Source of the DNA: Mangrovibacterium sp.
Lineage (GTDB): Bacteria > Bacteroidota > Bacteroidia > Bacteroidales > Prolixibacteraceae
Assembly (NCBI GenBank): GCA_047975205.1
Contig: JBKEDC010000012.1
Coordinates: 117,907 to 181,906 of the forward strand
Reading direction: 5' to 3'
Length of the DNA stretch: 64,000 bases
The notes below the pieces were generated by a model. The model was not told where the DNA came from. It did not search any database and saw only the letters and a list, made by a program, of their open reading frames with translations. Position 1 is the first letter of the stretch. Every line of letters starts with the position of its first letter. Shown in pieces: positions 57,101-64,000 of the stretch. The position numbers and the translations under genes are program-made.

Positions 57101-57877
57101 GGACTGAATCTTGAGCATCTTACGGAAGAGGGTGGAGATACTCAGCTTAGATATAAAGATTTGATTGAGCAACCACGTCGGGTTCTAAACTCTCCGATAT
57201 GGAGCGGTATCGAATCGCACGATGTTAATTACACTTCGAATTATACTAATGTGCATGAGCTTATTCCTTGGCGAACTATAACCGGAAGGCAGTCATTATA
57301 TCAAGACCACCCTTGGATGGCGGCATTTGGCGAGAACTTAGTTTGCTATAAACCGCCAATCTCTAAGCAAGAAATAAACAATGTGAAGGAGCGTCTGCAA
57401 ATAGTTGATGAAACCTTGGTGCTGAATCTTATAACTCCACATAATAAGTGGACTATTCACTCGTCTTGGAGCGATAATTTACTTATGCTGACATTAGGTC
57501 GCGGTGGTCCGGTTATTTGGATTAGTGAAGCTGATGCATCGAAAATAGGAATTAAGGATAACGACTGGGTTGAGGTGTTTAATGACAATGGAACTGCGAG
57601 TTGTCGAGCTGTCGTATCTCAACGAATACCCGAAGGTGCGTTAATCATGTATCACAATCAGGAGCGAACGGTAAATGTGCCTTTGAGTGATATCACCGAA
57701 AATCGCGGAGGTATTCATAATTCGATATCTCGCTTGTGTCCGAAACCCACACATATGATTGGCGGATACGGACAATTGTCATACGGATTGAATTATTACG
57801 GAACAATCGGTGCAAACCGAGACGAATTTGTAGTCATACGCAAGTGCAATAATGTAGAATGGGGAGAAGATGAATAA
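54182..57877 (+). CDS. narG: Respiratory nitrate reductase alpha subunit
   Basis: 1231 aa. The N-terminus [34 protein letters not shown] carries the FS0 H-x3-C-x3-C cluster motif. Similarity to E. coli NarG runs throughout ([40 protein letters not shown]). Confidence 0.98.
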   Translation: [1231 protein letters not shown]

Positions 57878-57939
57878 TTAGGAATTAGGAGTTGGCTGTT
57901 AGTCCAATGTCTGAAATCTAAAATCTAGCATCTATAAAT

Positions 57940-59409
57940 ATGAAAATACAATCACAAATAGCAATGGTTTTGAACCTCGACAAATGTATAGGTTGCCATA
58001 CTTGTTCGGTTACTTGCAAGAATGTGTGGACTAGTCGCAAAGGGGTTGAATATGCTTGGTTCAATAATGTAGAAACCAAGCCCGGTACAGGTTATCCTGT
58101 TGAATGGGAGAATCAGAAAAAATATAATGGAGGTTGGAAGCTTGATAAAGAAAAGTTGAAACTTAATCAGGGCAGCAGCTTGGGAATACTTTCCAAAATA
58201 TTTGCCAATCCTGATATGCCTAGTCTTGAGGATTATTATGAACCTTATACTTTCAATTTTTCAAAACTTACGAGTAATAAGCGATTCCACACTCCGCCTA
58301 GTGCCCGCCCGTATTCTTTAATAACAGGTGAACGCATGGAAAAGATTGAATACGGACCAAACTGGGAGGATAATCTTGGCGGAGAATTTGAAACTCGCAA
58401 GAAAGACCCAAATCTAAAGGATGTTGACATAGAGGGCTACGATGAGTTTGAGAAATCGTTTATGTTTTATGTGCCTCGTTTGTGTGAACATTGCTTGAAT
58501 CCTGCATGTGCGGCTTCGTGTCCTTCGGGAGCTATATACAAACGTAAAGAAGACGGTGTTGTGCTTATCAATCAAGATGCTTGTAGAGGGTGGCGCGAAT
58601 GTGTAAGTGCTTGTCCCTACAAGAAAATTTATTTTAACTGGAATAGAAAAAAATCAGAGAAATGTACTTTCTGTTATCCACTCTTAGAGAATGGAAAGCC
58701 AACTGTTTGCTCCGAATCATGTGTGGGACGTATCAGATATATGGGCGTGCTATTGTATGATGCAGACCGTATCGATGAATATGCAGGCACAAAGGACGAG
58801 GCTGCTCTATACGAAAAACAGCTCGACTTGATACTCGACCCACACGCCCCGGAAGTTATTGCTCAGGCTGAGAAACAAGGAATAACACACGAGTTTATAA
58901 AGTCGGCACAAGCATCGCCGGTATATAAAATGATGAAACAATGGAAAGTTGCTTTTCCGCTACATCCCGAATATCGCACGATGCCGATGGTGTGGTACAC
59001 TCCGCCATTGTCGCCGATTGTTCAGCAGGTTGATGCACAATCAAATTTCTTCAACACGGTTGAGAATATGCGTATTCCTGTAAGTTATATAGCAAAGATG
59101 ATGACAGCGGGAGATGAAGCTCCGGTTAAGGAGGCTCTGGCTCGTTTGCTTGTAATGCGCAACTACATGAGAGAGCGTACGGTTGAGAAAAATGATAATC
59201 CAAACATTCCTGAGAACATCGGTCTTAGAGCAGAGGACTACGAAGAGATGTACAGATATTTGGCAATAGCCGATTATGACAACCGCTTTGTAATTCCCAC
59301 AGCACCCACGAAGAATGAGGATGTTGATTTGTTTGCCCTGCGTGCGGGTTTGGGCTTCGAATATCCCGGAAAGGAAAACAAAAAACGTAATTTGTTTGGA
59401 GGAAAGTAA
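57940..59409 (+). CDS. narH: Respiratory nitrate reductase beta subunit
   Basis: Four ferredoxin-type Cys clusters are present (CIGCHTCSVTC, CEHCLNPACAASCP, CRGWRECVSACP, CTFCYP...CSESC). It is 489 aa. Confidence 0.97.
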   Translation: MKIQSQIAMVLNLDKCIGCHTCSVTCKNVWTSRKGVEYAWFNNVETKPGTGYPVEWENQKKYNGGWKLDKEKLKLNQGSSLGILSKIFANPDMPSLEDYYEPYTFNFSKLTSNKRFHTPPSARPYSLITGERMEKIEYGPNWEDNLGGEFETRKKDPNLKDVDIEGYDEFEKSFMFYVPRLCEHCLNPACAASCPSGAIYKRKEDGVVLINQDACRGWRECVSACPYKKIYFNWNRKKSEKCTFCYPLLENGKPTVCSESCVGRIRYMGVLLYDADRIDEYAGTKDEAALYEKQLDLILDPHAPEVIAQAEKQGITHEFIKSAQASPVYKMMKQWKVAFPLHPEYRTMPMVWYTPPLSPIVQQVDAQSNFFNTVENMRIPVSYIAKMMTAGDEAPVKEALARLLVMRNYMRERTVEKNDNPNIPENIGLRAEDYEEMYRYLAIADYDNRFVIPTAPTKNEDVDLFALRAGLGFEYPGKENKKRNLFGGK

Positions 59410-59412
59410 GAT

Positions 59413-59913
59413 ATGCAAAACACGTATAAAATATTATCCTTGCTTTTAGATTATCCCGATAAGGAACTGAAAGATAATTTGTCTAATATCATGCAGATTA
59501 TTGATGAAGATAATTACCTGAATGAAGCGCAGAAAGAGGGAGTTCAAGAGTTTGTAAATTATGCACAAGCCCTATCGTTATCAGAGTGGCAAATGCAATA
59601 TGTACAGATGTTTGATTTCTCATCGCATAACAATCTTTATCTTTTCGACCATGTGTATGGAGATTCCAGAGAACGCGGTCAGGCAATGGTTGACCTCACA
59701 GAGATGTACACAAAATCGGGTTTTGAGCCGAGTTCGGACGAATTGCCCGATTATCTTCCGCTTTTTCTTGAGTATTTGTCATTGTTATCAGATAAGGAAG
59801 GGGTGGAGAAACTACTGAGTGAAGTATCACACATCATCAATAACATGAAAGAAGCACTTGAAAAGAAAAATGCTACTTACTATCATTTGTTAGAGATGTT
59901 GATTAAACACTAG
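59413..59913 (+). CDS. narJ: Nitrate reductase molybdenum cofactor assembly chaperone
   Basis: 166 aa with an N-terminal YKILSLLLDYPDKEL pattern. It sits between narH and narI. Confidence 0.85.
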   Translation: MQNTYKILSLLLDYPDKELKDNLSNIMQIIDEDNYLNEAQKEGVQEFVNYAQALSLSEWQMQYVQMFDFSSHNNLYLFDHVYGDSRERGQAMVDLTEMYTKSGFEPSSDELPDYLPLFLEYLSLLSDKEGVEKLLSEVSHIINNMKEALEKKNATYYHLLEMLIKH

Positions 59914-59987
59914 AAGATATAATATTAAAGAATGCTAAGACAGTAATAGGCTGTTGGTCTAGCATCTAACGTTAAAAATCTCAAACT

Positions 59988-60659
59988 ATGACAACTTCCG
60001 ATTACTTAAACAATTTTTTCTTAGGATATCTTCCTTATATATCACTCGGTGTGTTTGTTGCAGGCTTGCTATATCGCATATATCATCGTAACAATACCAT
60101 ACAAGTAACCTCCTCGCAGTTTATAAGCAAGGATAAGACAATTTTCTGGGGAAGCACCTTGTTTCATTATGCCATTATCATGGTTTTCTTCGGACATATT
60201 TTCGGCTTGCTTGCTCCCGAATGGATGTACCGCTGGTTAATGACTAATGAAACAAAACGAATGTTGGCAATCGTCATGGGTGGATTGTCGGGCGGCGTGG
60301 CATTAATTGGGGTTGCGATGTTAACTTACAGACGCTTTACAAACAAAAAAGTTAAGGCTGCCGGGAAACTACAGGATTATCTAATAGTATCGCTGATTCT
60401 AATACAAATAGCTCTCGGGTTGTGGGGAACATATATAACCTCCCAATCTCCACTTGAAGATTATATTGCAATGGAACATTGGGCGCAAGGTTTGGTAATA
60501 TTCAAACCTGATTCATGGCAACACATAATTGATGCTGACCTAGTTTATAAATTACACATAGTGAATGGATTCTTTATTTGCATCTTATTCCCTTTCACCA
60601 AACTAATACATATGATAATGGTACCTATCAATTACGCAATAGATGGACTTCGTAAATGA
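59988..60659 (+). CDS. narI: Respiratory nitrate reductase gamma subunit
   Basis: 223 aa with five TM helices. Heme-b His pairs are spaced as in NarI (FHYAIIMVFFGH and LHIVNG...LIHM). Confidence 0.92.
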   Translation: MTTSDYLNNFFLGYLPYISLGVFVAGLLYRIYHRNNTIQVTSSQFISKDKTIFWGSTLFHYAIIMVFFGHIFGLLAPEWMYRWLMTNETKRMLAIVMGGLSGGVALIGVAMLTYRRFTNKKVKAAGKLQDYLIVSLILIQIALGLWGTYITSQSPLEDYIAMEHWAQGLVIFKPDSWQHIIDADLVYKLHIVNGFFICILFPFTKLIHMIMVPINYAIDGLRK

Positions 60660-60665
60660 GGTCTC

Positions 60666-60884
60666 CTAATATCCGAATTTAATGAAATTTAGAATAGAAC
60701 AAGTAAAAGATTTCCACAGAGAACAGTTTGCTTTTTCGATCGACCATGATGTTGAAGAACTCAGATATTCTGAGAATTTGTAATAATATATCATGACTTT
60801 GCGTCCAAAATAATTGAAAGCAGTATAGAAGACTTTGTCGCTGAGTTTAGGTTTCAAAATCGGATTTAGTTTTTCATTGCTCAT
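60666..60884 (-). CDS. Hypothetical small ORF (weak)
   Basis: 72-aa ORF filling the gap between narI and the ABC-F gene. I recognised no motif, and it may be non-coding or a gene remnant. Confidence 0.2.
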   Translation of the reverse strand: MSNEKLNPILKPKLSDKVFYTAFNYFGRKVMIYYYKFSEYLSSSTSWSIEKANCSLWKSFTCSILNFIKFGY

Positions 60885-60893
60885 TCTATTGTT

Positions 60894-60901
60894 TATCTTT
60901 G
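60894..60901 (+). promoter_or_regulatory. Possible -7 element upstream of the ABC-F gene
   Basis: TATCTTTG at 60894-60901. It overlaps the track's TTG start (60899), which argues for the ATG at 60944. Confidence 0.35.
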
Positions 60902-60943
60902 CTAAACAGTATTAACAGTACTGCGTATTCAAAAACAATAATA

Positions 60944-62821
60944 ATGAGCCAATTACCATATCTACAGGTAGAACAATTATCAAAACGTTTTGCTGAGAAC
61001 TATCTATTTCAAGATATATCGTTTACCATATTTAAAGACCAAAAAATAGCTTTAATAGCTAAGAATGGGGCAGGGAAGAGTACTCTTATGGAAATTTTGG
61101 CAGGGAATGATGTATCTGATTCCGGACAATTAACAATTACAAATGGTGTAAAGATAGGCTATTTGCGTCAGCATCCTGATGTAAATCCGAATATTACAGT
61201 GCTGGAACAGGCTCTACTCTCTAATAATCCGGCATTAGAGGTAGTTCAAGAATTTGAACAAGCTATAAAACAGAATAATCAATCGGAAATTGAACGATTA
61301 ACCGTGCTCATGGAAGAGCATCAGGCATGGGATTTTGAGGTACGCGTAAAACAAATTCTGTCGCAACTAAAGATTGAAAATTTTAATCAAAAAGTTGGAG
61401 AACTTTCCGGAGGACAACAGAAAAGAGTGGCTTTGGCTAATGTTCTACTTAATGAGCCTGATTTACTCATGTTGGATGAGCCTACCAACCATTTAGATTT
61501 AGAAATGATTGAATGGTTAGAGCAATATTTGGCAAAATCGAAGTGCACACTGTTCATGATTACACACGATCGTTATTTTTTAGATAGGGTTTGTAATGAA
61601 ATCATAGAAATAGATGATAATCAGGTGTATTCCTATAAAGGAAATTATAGCTATTATTTGGGAAAACGAGAGGAACGAATAGCTCAACTTCAGGCTAGTA
61701 CAGAAAAGGCACAGAACTTGTACCGCACCGAGTTAGAATGGATGCGCAGAATGCCAAAAGCCCGTAGTCATAAGGCAAAATATCGTATTGATCAGTTCCA
61801 TGATTTAAAGAAAAAAGCCGGTTTTAGAATTCAAGAAGATAAATTGGAGTTGGGGATATCATCAGCTCGCATGGGAAGTAAGATATTAGAGCTTGAGAAT
61901 ATTTCTAAATCTTATGGTGATCTCAATCTGATTAATAACTTCACCTACAAATTTCAAAAATTTGAAAAGATAGGCATTGTAGGGAAAAATGGGACAGGTA
62001 AATCAACCTTTCTCAATGTGATTACCAATCAGATTGCTGCTGATACCGGCAATGTAGATTGGGGGCAAACTATTAATATTGGCTATTATAAGCAAACAGG
62101 TATTGATTTTTCTCCTGCAGATACATTAATCGAAGTGGTGAAAGAAATAGCAGAAGTAATAACCTTTGCCGACGGTTCAAGAATGACGGCCAGTCAGTTG
62201 CTTACTCGATTTTTGTTTCCGCCGGAAACTCAGCATAGTCTAATAGAGAAGTTAAGTGGAGGCGAAAAACGAAGACTTTATCTATGCACGATTTTAATGC
62301 AAAATCCTAATTTTTTAATCTTAGACGAGCCAACTAATGACCTAGATATTATGACGCTTAACGTGCTTGAAGATTACTTGTCGGCATTTGGTGGGTGCGT
62401 AGTGGTGGTATCTCATGATCGTTATTTTATGGATAAAATTGTTGATCATCTTTTTGTGTTCGACGGCAACGGACAAATTAAAGATTTTCCGGGCAATTAT
62501 TCTATATATCGAAATTGGGCCGATGAACAAGAGGAACTAAGAAAAGGAAAAACCTCCGTTTCTGAGAAATCTAAAGTTTCGGTTGAAAAACCAAAGAAAA
62601 AAAATGTTATAAAACTAACGTTCAAAGAGAAACGAGAATTAGAACAATTAGAATTAGATATTATTGACTTGGAAGAAGAAAAAGAAAAGTTGGAGAATCT
62701 TATGAATTCGGGAGAATTAAGTTCTCAAGAGCTTTTAGAAAAATCTACATCTTATGCCTCACTTAAAGAGGAATTAGATAAAAAAGAATTACGTTGGTTG
62801 GAATTAAGCGAAAAAGTATAA
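60944..62821 (+). CDS. ABC-F family ATPase (Uup/EttA-like, no TM domain)
   Basis: Two ABC cassettes are present, with Walker A motifs AKNGAGKST and GKNGTGKST and signatures LSGGQQKRV and LSGGEKRRL. The C-terminal tail is charged and coiled-coil-like. Confidence 0.9.
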   Translation: MSQLPYLQVEQLSKRFAENYLFQDISFTIFKDQKIALIAKNGAGKSTLMEILAGNDVSDSGQLTITNGVKIGYLRQHPDVNPNITVLEQALLSNNPALEVVQEFEQAIKQNNQSEIERLTVLMEEHQAWDFEVRVKQILSQLKIENFNQKVGELSGGQQKRVALANVLLNEPDLLMLDEPTNHLDLEMIEWLEQYLAKSKCTLFMITHDRYFLDRVCNEIIEIDDNQVYSYKGNYSYYLGKREERIAQLQASTEKAQNLYRTELEWMRRMPKARSHKAKYRIDQFHDLKKKAGFRIQEDKLELGISSARMGSKILELENISKSYGDLNLINNFTYKFQKFEKIGIVGKNGTGKSTFLNVITNQIAADTGNVDWGQTINIGYYKQTGIDFSPADTLIEVVKEIAEVITFADGSRMTASQLLTRFLFPPETQHSLIEKLSGGEKRRLYLCTILMQNPNFLILDEPTNDLDIMTLNVLEDYLSAFGGCVVVVSHDRYFMDKIVDHLFVFDGNGQIKDFPGNYSIYRNWADEQEELRKGKTSVSEKSKVSVEKPKKKNVIKLTFKEKRELEQLELDIIDLEEEKEKLENLMNSGELSSQELLEKSTSYASLKEELDKKELRWLELSEKV

Positions 62822-63031
62822 GTTTTCGCTCAATAACTTTCAATGCTGAATTAAGCATGTTTGTTTTGTAATATTCAATAAAAATGTAATGTTGTTGTCT
62901 ATCATTACCGTATTTATGCTTACTTTGCAACTTCGAATCATGTAATATTTACCTCATGAATGCATTCCATAATTTTGTGGTTTCAGGCATTTGAATCATA
63001 ATATAGATATTAAAATTAAGATAATATAAAG

Positions 63032-64000
63032 ATGAAGTTACTAGAACAAATTATCAAAAATGCACAAGAGTATCAAAAACGAATTGTGCTACCTGAAGGT
63101 TCTGAACCACGCACGCTTAGAGCTACTGAGATTATTTTAAAGGAAGGTATCGCTCGCGTAATCTTATTAGGTAACCCGGGTGAAATTAACCAAGTAGCTG
63201 AAGAAATAGGTGTTAATATAAAAGGTGCGGTTATCGTTGACCCTGCTACCGATGAACGTCGCGAAACTTACGCTGATACGATGTGTGAAATTCGCAAAAG
63301 TAAGGGATTAGCAAAAGAAAAAGCACTATCGATGCTTAATGACCCCTTAGTTTTTGCTCCGATGATGATTAAATGCGGAGATGCCGACGGAGAAGTAGCC
63401 GGGGCAATCAACGCTACGGGGGATGTGCTTCGTCCGGCATTTCAATTTGTAAAAACATTGCCCGGAGTAAGTGTTGTTTCCGGTGCATTTTTAATGTTTG
63501 TAAACGATCCTCATTACGGACATGATGGCATCCTTATATTTGCTGATTGTGCCGTGATGCCTGATCCTAATGAAAAACAGCTAGCCGAGATTGCTGTTAC
63601 AACAGCAAAAACAGCGAAAGCTATTGTGGGTATGGATCCACGTGTAGCCATGTTAAGTTTCTCAACCAAAGGATCTGCATCACATCCTTTAGTAGATAAA
63701 ATGTCGAGTGCAACCCAAATTGCTCGTGAAATGGATCCTTCATTGAAAGTTGATGGAGAACTACAATTAGATGCAGCTATAATTCCGGAGGTGGCCAAAT
63801 TAAAAGCTCCTGAAAGTGAAGTCGCCGGTCATGCCAACATCTTGGTATTCCCCGGATTGGAGGCTGCAAATATAGGTTATAAACTTGTGCAACGCCTAGC
63901 CGGAGCTGAAGCTATAGGACCAATTCTTCAAGGTATGGCAGCTCCGATAAATGACTTATCTCGCGGTTGTTCTGTAACCGACATTGTAAATTTGGTTGCT
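63032..64000 (+). CDS. pta: Phosphate acetyltransferase; the 3' end runs off the window
   Basis: This CDS is not in the ORF track because no stop falls in the window. Manual translation from the ATG at 63032 gives MKLLEQIIKNAQEYQKRIVLPEGSEPRTLRATEIILKEGIARVILLG...DADGEVAGAINATGDVLRPAFQ...LSFSTKGSA..., a canonical Pta pattern. The frame is open to nt 64000 (323 codons). Confidence 0.88.
   Translation, partial: MKLLEQIIKNAQEYQKRIVLPEGSEPRTLRATEIILKEGIARVILLGNPGEINQVAEEIGVNIKGAVIVDPATDERRETYADTMCEIRKSKGLAKEKALSMLNDPLVFAPMMIKCGDADGEVAGAINATGDVLRPAFQFVKTLPGVSVVSGAFLMFVNDPHYGHDGILIFADCAVMPDPNEKQLAEIAVTTAKTAKAIVGMDPRVAMLSFSTKGSASHPLVDKMSSATQIAREMDPSLKVDGELQLDAAIIPEVAKLKAPESEVAGHANILVFPGLEAANIGYKLVQRLAGAEAIGPILQGMAAPINDLSRGCSVTDIVNLVA

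Noticed and set aside
63514-63798. 94-aa minus-strand ORF
   Set aside because: It is antisense to the manually recovered pta CDS, which has a canonical Pta sequence.
1-64000. Search by eye for CRISPR arrays, tRNA/rRNA genes, IS elements, integrases and prophage genes
   Set aside because: I saw no regularly spaced direct repeats, no tRNA-like T-loop/acceptor patterns in intergenic regions, and no transposase or integrase-like ORFs. This was manual inspection only, so a tRNAscan/cmscan/ISfinder pass is still warranted.

Overview
The window is a low-GC chromosomal segment that looks like Bacteroidota, probably Bacteroidales. This rests on S46 dipeptidyl-peptidase, ptb-buk, the folP-cdaA pairing, no obvious Shine-Dalgarno sequences, and TAnnTTTG -7 boxes about 17-19 nt (five cases) or about 42 nt (three cases) upstream of start codons. 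Most of it is core housekeeping: pgm, rfbD, pssA-psd-cdsA, ftsH-rsfS, birA, kdsC, maf, folP-cdaA, cysD-cysN, pyrBI, dnaA, thrS-infC-rpmI-rplT, secA, lgt, ptb-buk and pta.

Two stretches look accessory.
- The A/T-rich left edge (1-5300) carries a 5'-truncated DUF262 protein, then a tightly overlapping operon for an AAA+ ATPase with a large unassigned N-terminal region, a minimal metallophosphoesterase and a WYL-domain regulator. I cannot match this combination to a named defence system, and it is my best candidate for an undescribed system.
- A higher-GC block (51638-60659) carries a complete membrane-bound nitrate reductase cluster: unknown membrane protein, mobA, narK, narGHJI. It is preceded by a 555-bp structured leader region.

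Other points of note:
- Tandem lgt paralogs.
- A CysN fusion whose APS-kinase-like domain has degenerate catalytic motifs.
- Several long perfect hairpins in intergenic regions.
- A sequence motif shared by the two internal nar spacers.
- A non-AUG infC start.

I recognised no tRNA, rRNA, CRISPR array, integrase or transposase by eye. Two edge-truncated CDSs absent from the ORF track (1-2082 and 63032-64000) were recovered by manual translation. All calls rest on motif recognition and manual inspection, and no searches were run.
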